Positions 43,001 to 51,957 of a DNA stretch of 64,000 nt are shown here, one piece after another. Within the stretch, counting starts at the first letter, position 1, and every line of letters starts with the position of its first letter. A program made the translations under genes and the position numbers. The notes below the pieces were generated by a model, which made no database searches, was not told the DNA's origin, and worked only from the letters and a program-made list of their open reading frames with translations. The stretch is from Bacteroidota bacterium (GTDB taxonomy: Bacteria; Bacteroidota; Bacteroidia; 2-12-FULL-35-15): positions 77,125 to 141,124 of the forward strand of contig JAOQAG010000051.1 in assembly GCA_025963715.1 (NCBI GenBank), in the 5' to 3' direction.

Positions 43001-44362
43001 CCTGACGGTAAAGTTGTTGATGTTGTTATTGGACGTTCGGCTGAGATGCGGATCATCGATGCAAACACGAGAATCGTTTTAACAACTGCAAACATTCCTT
43101 ACGGATCACAGGTTTACATCACACACTTAGCGAAAGTTAAAAAAGGTGATTTGATTTGTGACTGGGATCCATACAATGCGGTAATCGTTTCTGAATTTGC
43201 AGGTAAGATCGAATTCGATAATATCGAAGAAGGTATTACTTTCCGTGAAGAATCGGATGAGCAAACCGGATTTAAAGAAAAAGTAATTGTTGAGAGCCGC
43301 GATAAATCAAAAAATCCAGCGATCAAAATTGTTGCAAACAAAGATACATTGCGTACTTACAACATTCCGGTTGGAGCGCACGTAATTGTGAACGACAGTG
43401 CTAAAATTGATGCAGGTCAGATCCTTGTTAAGATCCCTCGTACTGCCGGTAAAACGGGAGATATCACGGGAGGTTTACCACGTGTTACTGAGCTTTTCGA
43501 AGCACGTAACCCAAGTAACCCGGCTGTGGTTTCAGAAATTGATGGTATCGTTTCATTTGGTAAAATTAAACGTGGTAACCGTGAGGTGCATGTTGAATCA
43601 AGAACAGGTGAGAAAAAAACATATTTGGTTGCATTATCAAAACATATCCTTGTTCAGGAAAATGACTTTATCCGTGCGGGTGAGCCATTATCCGACGGTG
43701 CTATCACGCCAAGCGATATTCTTGCAATCAAAGGGCCTACAGCTGTTCAGGAATACTTAGTGAACGAGGTGCAAGAGGTATACCGTTTACAAGGTGTGAA
43801 GATCAACGATAAACATTTTGAAGTAATTGTTCGTCAGATGATGCGTAAAGTCGACATCAGCGAAGCTGGTGACACTATTTTCCTTGAGAAACAATTGGTG
43901 AACAAAGCTGAGTTTATGAGAGAGAACGACTCATTGTACGGTAAAGTAATTGTGGTTGAACCAGGTGATTCACCATTATTCAAAGCCGGTCAGATCATTA
44001 GTGCACGTCGTTTACGTGATGAGAATTCCTCATTGAAACGCAAAGACATGAAGTTAATTGAAGCGCGTGAAGCAATTCCTGCAACATCTCAACAGATCCT
44101 GCAAGGTATCACACGTGCATCGTTACAAACAAATAGCTTCATGAGTGCTGCATCCTTCCAGGAAACAACGAAAGTGTTGAATGAAGCTGCAGTAAGCGGT
44201 AAGGTGGATGATTTGTCGGGATTAAAAGAAAACGTAATTGTTGGACATTTAATTCCTGCAGGTACAGGATTGAGAGCATACGAAAAAATGATCGTAGGTT
44301 CACAGGAAGAGTACGACAAACTGATGGCTTCCAAAAAAGAAGCATTGGAAGAAGAAGCATAA
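40070..44362 (+). CDS. rpoC: RNA polymerase beta' subunit
   Basis: Zinc finger, [28 protein letters not shown]. Confidence 0.99.
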   Translation: MAFNKRDNKLKSNFSKITISLASPEAVLERSSGEVVKPETINYRTYKPEMGGLFCERIFGPVKDWECACGKYKRIRYKGIVCDRCGVEVTEKKVRRERMGHINLVVPVAHIWYFKSLPNKIGYLLGLPTKKLDMIIYYERYVVVNAGVKAVDGINYLDFLSEEEYLNILDTLPKDNQYLDDTDPNKFIAKMGAEALQSLLSRVDLDSLSFDLRHKANTETSQQRKNEALKRLQVVEGFRHANQHVENRPEWMIVKIVPVIPPELRPLVPLDGGRFATSDLNDLYRRVIIRNNRLKRLIEIKAPEVILRNEKRMLQEAVDSLFDNSRKSNAVKTESNRALKSLSDSLKGKQGRFRQNLLGKRVDYSARSVIVVGPELKLHECGLPKDMAAELFKPFIIRKMIERGVVKTVKSAKKIVDKKEPIVWDILENVLKGHPVLLNRAPTLHRLGIQAFQPKLIEGKAIQLHPLTCTAFNADFDGDQMAVHVPLGHAAILEAQLLMLASHNILNPANGAPVTVPSQDMVLGLYYMTKGKKNTADEVVKGEGLTFYSPEETIIAYNEKRVDLHAWVKVRLPVKEGDKTVNKLIETTVGRILFNQVVPKEVGYINELLTKKSLRDIIGSIVKETGMAKTAKFLDDMKTLGFMSAFRGGLSFNLGDVMVPEDKDKMIADANTQVDEVVGNYNMGFITNNERYNQIIDIWTHTNSRITAKVLNTLTNDRQGFNPVYMMLDSGARGSKEQIRQLGGMRGLMAKPQKGAGGGEIIENPIISNFKEGLSILEYFISTHGARKGLADTALKTADAGYLTRRLVDVAQDVIITIEDCGTLRGLIATALKKNDEVVESLYDRIIGRTTVHNVYNPLTGDMIIGAGEEVTEDYARTISESPIEAVEIRSVLTCESKNGVCAKCYGRNLATGRMVQRGEAVGVIAAQSIGEPGTQLTLRTFHVGGTASNTAASSKLESKYDGIIEVDELKTVKRKNPDGKVVDVVIGRSAEMRIIDANTRIVLTTANIPYGSQVYITHLAKVKKGDLICDWDPYNAVIVSEFAGKIEFDNIEEGITFREESDEQTGFKEKVIVESRDKSKNPAIKIVANKDTLRTYNIPVGAHVIVNDSAKIDAGQILVKIPRTAGKTGDITGGLPRVTELFEARNPSNPAVVSEIDGIVSFGKIKRGNREVHVESRTGEKKTYLVALSKHILVQENDFIRAGEPLSDGAITPSDILAIKGPTAVQEYLVNEVQEVYRLQGVKINDKHFEVIVRQMMRKVDISEAGDTIFLEKQLVNKAEFMRENDSLYGKVIVVEPGDSPLFKAGQIISARRLRDENSSLKRKDMKLIEAREAIPATSQQILQGITRASLQTNSFMSAASFQETTKVLNEAAVSGKVDDLSGLKENVIVGHLIPAGTGLRAYEKMIVGSQEEYDKLMASKKEALEEEA

Positions 44363-44378
44363 TCTTTAGCTTATAAAT

Positions 44379-44417
44379 AAAAAAGAGGGACCGCATTTCT
44401 GCGGTTCCTCTTTTTTT
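44379..44417 (+). terminator. rpoC terminator
   Basis: AAAAAAGAGGGACCGC...GCGGTTCCTCTTTTTTT. Confidence 0.85.
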
Positions 44418-44483
44418 ATATTTACTCCACCTCCATGTGGAGTGGGGGAAGCAGACAGATACCACAGTCAACTCCATGACAGC

Positions 44484-44737
44484 TTAGGAGATTATAAACA
44501 AGTTTTTGAATATTATAAAGATCACATCGTCGCAAGTAGCGACCGAAATGAACTTCGGATTCACTGAAAAATTATTTAAAGCTGAATGCAGAACGTAGAA
44601 CAAATCTGAAATTGCAGCGCTACTTTTCGTAAGTCCAAACACAATGATAACCACAGATCAAATATTGTAAAAAATTAGGATTAGAAGGAAAGAACTCTCT
44701 TCTGAAATTTGCCATCCAATCTAAAAATCCGCTTTAG
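44484..44737 (+). pseudogene. Remnants of a TPR sensor fragment and a NarL/LuxR response-regulator HTH
   Basis: LGDYKQVFEYYKDHI (TPR-like), then across two frameshifts KSEIAALLFVSPNT / DNHRSNI / KKLGLEGKNSLLKFAIQSKNPL*. Confidence 0.7.
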
Positions 44738-44784
44738 GATTTTTCAATCCATTTTCAAATTCCTTTTCTGTGCTCAAACACAAT

Positions 44785-44807
44785 ATAGGGGGTAACCACT
44801 ATTGTGC
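44785..44807. promoter_or_regulatory. Imperfect palindromic operator upstream of module 1
   Basis: ATAGGGGGTAACCACTAT between the LuxR remnant and the module promoter. Confidence 0.4.
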
Positions 44808-44879
44808 AGGATTTTATTTAGCCGAATCTTTGTTACCGGAACAAGGATCAGGACTATTTGATCCATTAAACTAACTCAC

Positions 44880-45365
44880 ATGATAAAAACAAAAAAATTA
44901 ACCTTCCTTTTTTGTTTCTTTTTCACTTTGATAACTACTGTCAAAGCGCAAAACGGAACAGATGCTTCAGGGGGCGATGCATCCGGTAGCGGTGGTTCAG
45001 CAAGTTATTCAATCGGCCAGATCGATTACATTACCGAACAGGAAACCGGCGGAACGATCACGCAGGGATTGCAGCAACCTTTTGAAATTTCCGTGATCAC
45101 GGGAATTGAAAATACGGCGATTAATTTATCGGCTACGGTATATCCGAATCCAACTGTTGACATGGTGACACTGAGCATTGAGGGCACTTCAACGGAGAAC
45201 ATGACTTTTATTCTCTGTGACCTGCAGGGCAAGGTGATCAGGAATGAAAAGTTAAGTGCTGATCAGACAATTATTTCGATGGCAGAATTAACCAAGGCAA
45301 CTTATTTAATAAAAGTGCTCGATAATAGTAAAGAAGTTAAAACATTTAAAATCATTAAAAACTAA
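44880..45365 (+). CDS. Small secreted protein with T9SS type A C-terminal sorting domain (module 1)
   Basis: Signal peptide, ~50 aa GG.A.G.GGSASYSIGQ...QGLQQPFEI segment, then CTD ([23 protein letters not shown]). Confidence 0.88.
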   Translation: MIKTKKLTFLFCFFFTLITTVKAQNGTDASGGDASGSGGSASYSIGQIDYITEQETGGTITQGLQQPFEISVITGIENTAINLSATVYPNPTVDMVTLSIEGTSTENMTFILCDLQGKVIRNEKLSADQTIISMAELTKATYLIKVLDNSKEVKTFKIIKN

Positions 45366-45371
45366 CACAAC

Positions 45372-47507
45372 ATGAAAAAAATAATACTCAGGTTAAGCGC
45401 TGTTATCTTTCTTAGCTTTCAGCTCTCGGTTAGCTTTGCACAGGCGCCACAAAAGATGAGCTACCAGGCGGTGATCCGCAATGCCGGAAATGCGTTAGTT
45501 ACTTCTTCACCGATTGGAATGCAGATAAGCATCCTGCAAGGTTCTCCAACGGGAACGGCGGTATATGTAGAAACACAAATGGCTACAACAAATACAAACG
45601 GATTAGTGACAATTGAAATCGGGAACGGAACTCCTGTAACAGGAACGTTTTCTTCTCTCGACTGGTCTGCGGGCCCGTATTTCATAATGACAGAAACCGA
45701 TCCGACAGGTGGAACAACTTATACAATTACAGGAACAACCCAGCTAATGAGTGTGCCTTATGCATTGTACGCGGCAACTTCAGGTAATGGTGCCGGTCCG
45801 GCAGGTCCGCAGGGCTCTGCGGGAGTTGATGGAATTAACGGTAACGATGGGGCAAATGGTTTGGATGGGGCCACCGGACCTACAGGAGTGCAAGGCCCGA
45901 TGGGACCAATGGGAATGCCCGGAATGCCGGGAACACCAGGTACTAATGGTGTTACGGGAGCAACCGGTGCGCAGGGGCCTGCGGGAGCAGACGGAGTGAA
46001 TGGTAATGATGGAGCCGATGGCTTAAATGGTAATGATGGAGTGAACGGAACAAATGGTATTGCTGGAGCTACGGGTCCAACAGGAGCTCAGGGCCTAATG
46101 GGACCAATGGGAATGCCGGGAACACCGGGAGCCGATGGGGCCACAGGTGCAACAGGAATAGCCGGTGCAACCGGCGCTACAGGAACGGCGGGTTCACCCG
46201 GATCAATGGGAATGCCCGGAATGCCGGGAACCCCGGGAGCTAATGGAGCAGCAGGGGCTACAGGTGCAACAGGAATAGCAGGTGCAACCGGCGCTACAGG
46301 AGCGGCGGGCTCACCCGGATCAATGGGAATGCCTGGTATGCCGGGAACCCCCGGAGCTAATGGAGCAGCAGGGGCTACAGGTGCAACGGGTGCAACAGGA
46401 ATAGCAGGCGCAACAGGAGCAGCAGGCTCACCCGGATCAATAGGAATGCCCGGAATGCCGGGAACACCCGGAGCTAATGGAGCAGCGGGTGCAACAGGTG
46501 TAGCCGGTGCAACCGGAGCTGACGGAGCAGCAGGCGCTACAGGAACAGCAGGGGCTACAGGTGCAACCGGAGCTACAGGTTTGTTGGCAAACGGCGCAGC
46601 AGCAGGTAATACTCCTTATTGGAATGGTACATCGTGGATAACCAATAGCAGCAATATTTATAATAATGGAGGAAGTATAGGTATCGGAACAACAACACCC
46701 AGCACTGCAAAACTGGTAATTGCAGGCTCTGCGGGTAGCCCCGGGATTGATTTGTCAAGCACTGATCAGTACGCCAACCTTCGGGTCATTCAAAATACAA
46801 ACGGAATTCCTGATAAAGATATGTATATTGGACTTGGAAGTGGAACGACTTCAAAACTTCATTTCTATTCCAACAATGCCGAATTGATGACATTAGCCGG
46901 TTCCAATACTAAAATTAACGGCCAGCTGGAAATAGCTACAACAACCGGCGCCATATTGCTTCCAAGGCTTACAGCAATAGAAAGAACAGCTTTAACAGCG
47001 CCGGTACCGGGTATGATGATTTATAACAGCAGCACCGGCAAGTTTCAGGGCTATGCTACAGCTCTTGGTGTTGAGGCACTTGATCAAAGTGCGACCATTT
47101 CAAATAGTCAGTTTTCCGGCTCAAATATCGGCCAATCGTTTATTGCAGGAGTAACAGGCGAATTATCGAAAGTAGATGTAACAGTATCTTTTGTAAGCAC
47201 TGCCGGTTCATGCTCAGTTAATGTATATGCCGGAACAGGCTCGGGAGGTACTTTATTAGGTTCTTCTGCAGCCGTTACAATTTCTTCAACCGGAATAAAG
47301 TCATTTGTATTAACGGGGATAAATGTAACTGCAGGCAATACATATTCATTTATTCTTGTAAATTCAGCTAATTGTGCCTTTTCAACAGATAATACTAATA
47401 GCTATCCTTCCGGAAGTTTCACTACAGTCATTCCAACCCCAATCTGGGACTTTTGGTTTAAAACATATATTAAGCCGGCAGTCAACTCCTGGGTTGATTT
47501 TAACTAG
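45372..47507 (+). CDS. Secreted collagen-like trimeric fibre protein (module 1)
   Basis: Signal peptide, [14 protein letters not shown]...SVPYALYA domain, ~87 uninterrupted G-X-Y triplets, GIGTTTP and LPRLT..ER...GMMIYN motifs, beta-rich tip domain. No T9SS CTD. Confidence 0.88.
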   Translation: MKKIILRLSAVIFLSFQLSVSFAQAPQKMSYQAVIRNAGNALVTSSPIGMQISILQGSPTGTAVYVETQMATTNTNGLVTIEIGNGTPVTGTFSSLDWSAGPYFIMTETDPTGGTTYTITGTTQLMSVPYALYAATSGNGAGPAGPQGSAGVDGINGNDGANGLDGATGPTGVQGPMGPMGMPGMPGTPGTNGVTGATGAQGPAGADGVNGNDGADGLNGNDGVNGTNGIAGATGPTGAQGLMGPMGMPGTPGADGATGATGIAGATGATGTAGSPGSMGMPGMPGTPGANGAAGATGATGIAGATGATGAAGSPGSMGMPGMPGTPGANGAAGATGATGATGIAGATGAAGSPGSIGMPGMPGTPGANGAAGATGVAGATGADGAAGATGTAGATGATGATGLLANGAAAGNTPYWNGTSWITNSSNIYNNGGSIGIGTTTPSTAKLVIAGSAGSPGIDLSSTDQYANLRVIQNTNGIPDKDMYIGLGSGTTSKLHFYSNNAELMTLAGSNTKINGQLEIATTTGAILLPRLTAIERTALTAPVPGMMIYNSSTGKFQGYATALGVEALDQSATISNSQFSGSNIGQSFIAGVTGELSKVDVTVSFVSTAGSCSVNVYAGTGSGGTLLGSSAAVTISSTGIKSFVLTGINVTAGNTYSFILVNSANCAFSTDNTNSYPSGSFTTVIPTPIWDFWFKTYIKPAVNSWVDFN
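45795..46586 (+). repeat. Collagen G-X-Y coding repeat with ~117-bp higher-order units
   Basis: Units start near 46143, 46260 and 46377. Confidence 0.85.
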
Positions 47508-47525
47508 CACAAGAATTGAACATTT

Positions 47526-47565
47526 AAAAAGCCCGTCGGATCTTTCTTCCGGGTTTTTTATTTTT
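47526..47565 (+). terminator. Terminator of module 1
   Basis: AAAAAGCCCG...CGGGTTTTTT. Confidence 0.7.
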
Positions 47566-47632
47566 AGCACCTGCAATGATAAAAGACGGGTGCTTTTAAT
47601 GGTTGTGGTTTATTCTAAGAAATAATATTGAT

Positions 47633-47669
47633 AAAAAGCTCTTCAGGACAGACGTCCGGGGAGCTTTTT
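47633..47669. terminator. Orphan second terminator-like hairpin
   Basis: AAAAAGCTCTTCAGGAC-AGAC-GTCCGGGGAGCTTTTT with no adjacent gene ending here. Confidence 0.55.
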
Positions 47670-47700
47670 ATTTGTTCGTACAGGTGTGATTTGTTCTTTT

Positions 47701-47750
47701 GACTCATTGTACGGTAAAGTAATTGTGGTAGAACCAGGTAATTCTCCATT
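47701..47750 (+). repeat. 50-bp copy of an internal rpoC segment (43928-43977)
   Basis: 47 of 50 bases identical by direct alignment. Confidence 0.92.
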
Positions 47751-47778
47751 CTTTTTCTCTTTATTGCGATTGATTTTC

Positions 47779-47813
47779 TTTTCTGTCGTTGGAGTACATT
47801 TTTCTGTCGTTGG
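47779..47813 (+). promoter_or_regulatory. LytTR-type direct-repeat operator upstream of module 2
   Basis: TTTTCTGTCGTTGG twice with a 21-bp period, upstream of a TACTTTCG -7-like element at 47847-47854. Confidence 0.6.
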
Positions 47814-47877
47814 TACCAAATAATTAATTACTGTATGTCTGATGCTTACTTTCGGCATATTATTTATACTGCGTACG

Positions 47878-48360
47878 ATGACAAAAACAAAAACGATTTT
47901 ATTTTTCAGCTTGTTTCTTTTTGCTGTAACAGCGCTTAAAGCACAAACCGGAACAGTTGCCGCCGGCGGCAATGCCACGGGACCGGGAGGTTCCGTAAGT
48001 TATTCGATCGGGCAAACCGATTACATTACTGAAAGCGGTAAGCCCGGAACTGTTTCACAGGGTTTGCAACAGCCTTACGAAATTCAGGTAATGACAGGAA
48101 TTGGAGTTACGGGAATAAACCTTTCGGCAACAGTTTATCCAAACCCTACAACAGATGTGGTTACGCTGAGCGTGCAGGATCTTTCGGTTGCGAACATGAG
48201 CTATGCTGTTTATGATATACAGGGAAAGCTAATCATGCATGATAAATTATCGGGAAGCTCAACCGTTATTTCTTTTGAAGGGTTAAGCAAGTCGGGTTAC
48301 TTTATAAAAGTGCTGAGCAATAACAGTGAAGTAAAAACATTTAAGATCATTAAAAATTAA
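47878..48360 (+). CDS. Small secreted protein with T9SS type A CTD (module 2, paralog of 44880-45365)
   Basis: ATG at 47878 aligns with the paralog start. Same [15 protein letters not shown] segment and CTD. Confidence 0.88.
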   Translation: MTKTKTILFFSLFLFAVTALKAQTGTVAAGGNATGPGGSVSYSIGQTDYITESGKPGTVSQGLQQPYEIQVMTGIGVTGINLSATVYPNPTTDVVTLSVQDLSVANMSYAVYDIQGKLIMHDKLSGSSTVISFEGLSKSGYFIKVLSNNSEVKTFKIIKN

Positions 48361-48368
48361 AAAGCAAT

Positions 48369-51248
48369 ATGAAAAAAACACTCCTTAAAATTGTAACAGT
48401 TCTGCTGTTGAGTTTTCAATTTATAACTGCATCAGCGCAGGCTCCTCAAAAAATGAGCTACCAGGCGGTGGTGCGCAATGCAGGTAACACACTTGTAGCA
48501 TCATCGCCGGTAGGGATGCAAATCAGCATCCTGCAGGGCTCGCCTGCAGGAACCCCGGTGTATGTGGAAACACAAACTGCAATGACAAATGCAAACGGAT
48601 TGGTAACAATTGAAATAGGAAATGGAACTCCGGTTACGGGAACGTTTGCCGCGATTAATTGGGTAGCAGGCCCTTATTTTATAATGACAGAAACTGATCC
48701 TGCAGGAGGAACTGCTTATTCGATCACAGGAACAACTCAATTGATGAGCGTGCCTTATGCATTATATGCTGAGACATCCGGTAACGGAGGTGTTGCAGGT
48801 GCTACAGGTGCTACAGGGGCAACTGGTGCAACAGGTTCTATGGGACCGATGGGTATGGGAATGCCGGGGATGCCGGGGATGCCAGGTTCAAATGGAGCAA
48901 CAGGAACCACCGGTACAACCGGTGATGCCGGGATAAATGGGATGGATGGAGCAACCGGAGTTACCGGGGCAACAGGTACAGCAGGAACGAATGGAACTGA
49001 TGGCGCAACCGGTGCTGCCGGTATGAACGGGATGGATGGAGCAACCGGAGTTACCGGAGCAACGGGTACAGCAGGAACGAATGGAACTGATGGCACAACA
49101 GGTGCAACCGGTGCTATGGGGCCTATGGGAATGGGTATGCCGGGTATGATGGGTGCTGCAGGTGCAACCGGGTCAACAGGTGCAAATGGAACGACAGGTG
49201 CAACCGGTAATACAGGTGCAACCGGAGCAACGGGTGCAAATGGAACTAATGGAATCGCAGGAACAACGGGGGCACTGGGAGCCACTGGTGGAACCGGATC
49301 AACAGGAGCAACCGGAAGTACGGGCGCAACGGGTATAGCTGGTGCAAATGGTACCAACGGAACGAATGGTGCCACCGGAGTTACAGGTGCTAACGGAATC
49401 GCAGGAACAACGGGGGCACTGGGAGCCACTGGTGGAACCGGATCAACAGGAGCAACCGGAAGCACAGGTGCAACCGGTGCTATGGGTCCAATGGGGCCGA
49501 TGGGAATGGGTATGCCGGGCATGATGGGTGCCGCAGGTGCAACCGGATCAACGGGTGCAACTGGAACGACAGGTGTAACAGGTAATACCGGTGCAACCGG
49601 TGCTATGGGTCCAATGGGGCCTATGGGAGTGGGTATGCCGGGTACGATGGGTGCCGCAGGTGCAACGGGATCAACGGGATCAACGGGTGCAACTGGAACG
49701 ACAGGTGCAACAGGTAATACAGGTGCAACTGGTGCAGCAGGTGTAGCAGGAACGAATGGAACTGATGGCGTAACCGGATCAACGGGTGCAACAGGCTTTA
49801 TAGCAAACGGTTCCTTGGCCGGTAATACACCGTATTGGAATGGTTCTGCGTGGATAACAAATAGCAGCAATGTATTTAATAATGGTGGAAATGTGGGAAT
49901 CGGAACGACAACTACAGCTGCCAAATTACACATTAAAGGAAATGCGGATAATACGCAGCTGATTATACAGGGAAATGCCACACAAAGCATTTCAAGCCCG
50001 TTAATAAGGCTCCAGAATGCTGCAGGTACCGATCTGATGTGGATCAGTTCGGATAATACTTCAAATACATTTGTCGGCCTTAATACCGGAACCGCAAATA
50101 CCGGAACGGCCAACACATTTATCGGCAGTAGTGCAGGGCTTTCAAATACCAACGGATCATCAAACACCGCATTAGGAACAGGTGCTTTAAAGTTTTCCAT
50201 AAATGGTTCCGCGGATGTTGCTATAGGCTCGTTAGCGCTGCAATCAAATACATCAGGCAATTCAAATACCGCTGTTGGCTGTACCGCGCTTTTTGGGAAC
50301 ACTACAGGATCAAATAATTCAGCAACTGGTTATTACAGCCTTGCTCAGAATACAACCGGAGGATTCAACATCGCGTCAGGTTCTTATGCACTCTATAATA
50401 ACACAACTGGTCTAGCAAATACAGGTATCGGGTACAAAGCTTTGTATAGCAATGTTTCCAGTAACTACAACACTGCAACAGGCTATTATGCGCTTTATTC
50501 CGCAACGGGAGCGGGAGCCAATAATACGGCAACGGGCTATAACACGCTTTACGGTACCACTACCGGAACAAATAATACGGCTATGGGATTCTATGCCCTT
50601 TCTAATAACATAACAGGAAATAATAATTCAGCTTTCGGAAACTTTGCCGGCCCGACTGTAGATAACCTGAACAACACAACTGCATTGGGAAATAACGCTA
50701 TTCCCACGGCAAGCAACATGGTGAGGATAGGAAACAATGCAGTTACGGTAATTGAAGGCCAGGTGGCTTATTCTTTCCCTTCTGATGCACGTTTTAAATA
50801 CAATGTGCAAAGCAACGTACCCGGACTGGATTTTATCATGAAGCTGACACCTGTTACTTATTATTTTGATGAACAGGGTTTGCAAAAATTCTCTACAACA
50901 GGCGTGATCGATAAAAGCTTCAGGGAAGCTGCAAAAAACCAGGAACTGCATACAGGCTTTCTTGCACAGGATATTGAGAAAGTTTGTAAAGATTTGAATT
51001 TTAAATTTGATGGCGTGCATACGCCAACTTCCGACAAGGACCATTACAGCCTTGCTTACAGCCAGTTTATTATGCCATTGGTTAAAGCGGTGCAGGAACA
51101 GCAGGTGATCATTGAAAAGCTGGAAAAACAGAATGCGGAAATTGTTGCTGCTCAAAAAGCAATGATGGAACGCCTGATTCAGTTAGAAACTACTGCAAGC
51201 AACAAAACCGAAACTGCAGGTGCTGTTACTGCGGAAATAAAAAAATAA
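48369..51248 (+). CDS. Secreted collagen-like fibre protein with ~14-residue NTA.G..AL repeats and a C-terminal S74 intramolecular chaperone domain (module 2)
   Basis: Same N-terminal domain as 45372, ~109 G-X-Y triplets with four GM/GV interruptions, NT(A/F).G..AL..NTTG repeats, SDARFKYNV...[22 protein letters not shown] and a coiled coil. Confidence 0.88.
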   Translation: MKKTLLKIVTVLLLSFQFITASAQAPQKMSYQAVVRNAGNTLVASSPVGMQISILQGSPAGTPVYVETQTAMTNANGLVTIEIGNGTPVTGTFAAINWVAGPYFIMTETDPAGGTAYSITGTTQLMSVPYALYAETSGNGGVAGATGATGATGATGSMGPMGMGMPGMPGMPGSNGATGTTGTTGDAGINGMDGATGVTGATGTAGTNGTDGATGAAGMNGMDGATGVTGATGTAGTNGTDGTTGATGAMGPMGMGMPGMMGAAGATGSTGANGTTGATGNTGATGATGANGTNGIAGTTGALGATGGTGSTGATGSTGATGIAGANGTNGTNGATGVTGANGIAGTTGALGATGGTGSTGATGSTGATGAMGPMGPMGMGMPGMMGAAGATGSTGATGTTGVTGNTGATGAMGPMGPMGVGMPGTMGAAGATGSTGSTGATGTTGATGNTGATGAAGVAGTNGTDGVTGSTGATGFIANGSLAGNTPYWNGSAWITNSSNVFNNGGNVGIGTTTTAAKLHIKGNADNTQLIIQGNATQSISSPLIRLQNAAGTDLMWISSDNTSNTFVGLNTGTANTGTANTFIGSSAGLSNTNGSSNTALGTGALKFSINGSADVAIGSLALQSNTSGNSNTAVGCTALFGNTTGSNNSATGYYSLAQNTTGGFNIASGSYALYNNTTGLANTGIGYKALYSNVSSNYNTATGYYALYSATGAGANNTATGYNTLYGTTTGTNNTAMGFYALSNNITGNNNSAFGNFAGPTVDNLNNTTALGNNAIPTASNMVRIGNNAVTVIEGQVAYSFPSDARFKYNVQSNVPGLDFIMKLTPVTYYFDEQGLQKFSTTGVIDKSFREAAKNQELHTGFLAQDIEKVCKDLNFKFDGVHTPTSDKDHYSLAYSQFIMPLVKAVQEQQVIIEKLEKQNAEIVAAQKAMMERLIQLETTASNKTETAGAVTAEIKK

Positions 51249-51267
51249 TAAACGAATATTTTCGTTT

Positions 51268-51302
51268 AAGATCCCGGGCAATTTTTTGCCCGGGATTTTT
51301 TG
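51268..51302 (+). terminator. Terminator of module 2
   Basis: AAGATCCCGGGCAA-TTTT-TTGCCCGGGATTTTT. Confidence 0.8.
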
Positions 51303-51438
51303 CTTTGAAAAAGAAGTGAAAAACGGTTTGCTTTAATTCTGCGGTGATCGACGATCTGCAATCATTAGTCGAGAGAGCTGTTTGTACATTTTAATTATTG
51401 ATAAAAACACTTAACTTTACGATTCAAAAAAAATAATC

Positions 51439-51750
51439 ATGGAAGAGCAAAACGAAAATCAGCTAAATATTGAATTGTCTGAAGAGGTTGCAGAAGGAAT
51501 TTATTCCAACCTGGCGATCATTACCCATTCCACCTCCGAATTTGTGATCGATTTTATCCGCATGATGCCGGGAGTGCCAAAAGCAAAAGTAAAATCCCGG
51601 ATCGTATTAACGCCTCAGCATGCAAAACGATTAATGAAAGCACTGAAGGATAACATCAGCAAATTTGAGCAGCAGAACGGCGCTATTAAAGATACGGATA
51701 TGCCGAACGGTTTACCGCTGAGCTTTGGCGGCCCAACTGCACAGGCATAA
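51439..51750 (+). CDS. DUF3467 family protein
   Basis: QLNIELSEEVAEGIYSNLAIITHS.SEFVIDF, KSRIVLTPQHAKRL, FGGPTAQA. Confidence 0.9.
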   Translation: MEEQNENQLNIELSEEVAEGIYSNLAIITHSTSEFVIDFIRMMPGVPKAKVKSRIVLTPQHAKRLMKALKDNISKFEQQNGAIKDTDMPNGLPLSFGGPTAQA

Positions 51751-51957
51751 TAAATTACAGATTGCTTATATATTTAGCAGATCCCGTGTCGCGGCAGGGG
51801 ATGACGATCTAAAAATAAATTTGCAAAAATAATGTAAAACAGAAGATCAAAAAGCAATTCTTCCCGGTTATAAACCGTATTCGCCGTTCATCCAATACTA
51901 CAAAAAGAATGCATTTTTTTCCTGATATTTAATAAAAATAAAAACTCTCTAGACAAA

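Noticed and set aside
43928-47750. rpoC segment and its 50-bp copy as a DGR VR/TR pair
   Set aside because: No reverse transcriptase in the window, one of the three mismatches is not at an adenine of the copy, and the target would be an essential core gene.
48755-50302. 515-aa minus-strand ORF rich in PV/AP
   Set aside because: Antisense shadow of the collagen G-X-Y codons, with no independent protein features.
48369-51248. Prophage tail fibre
   Set aside because: Has a Sec signal peptide and a T9SS partner gene. No capsid, terminase, tail or lysis genes nearby.
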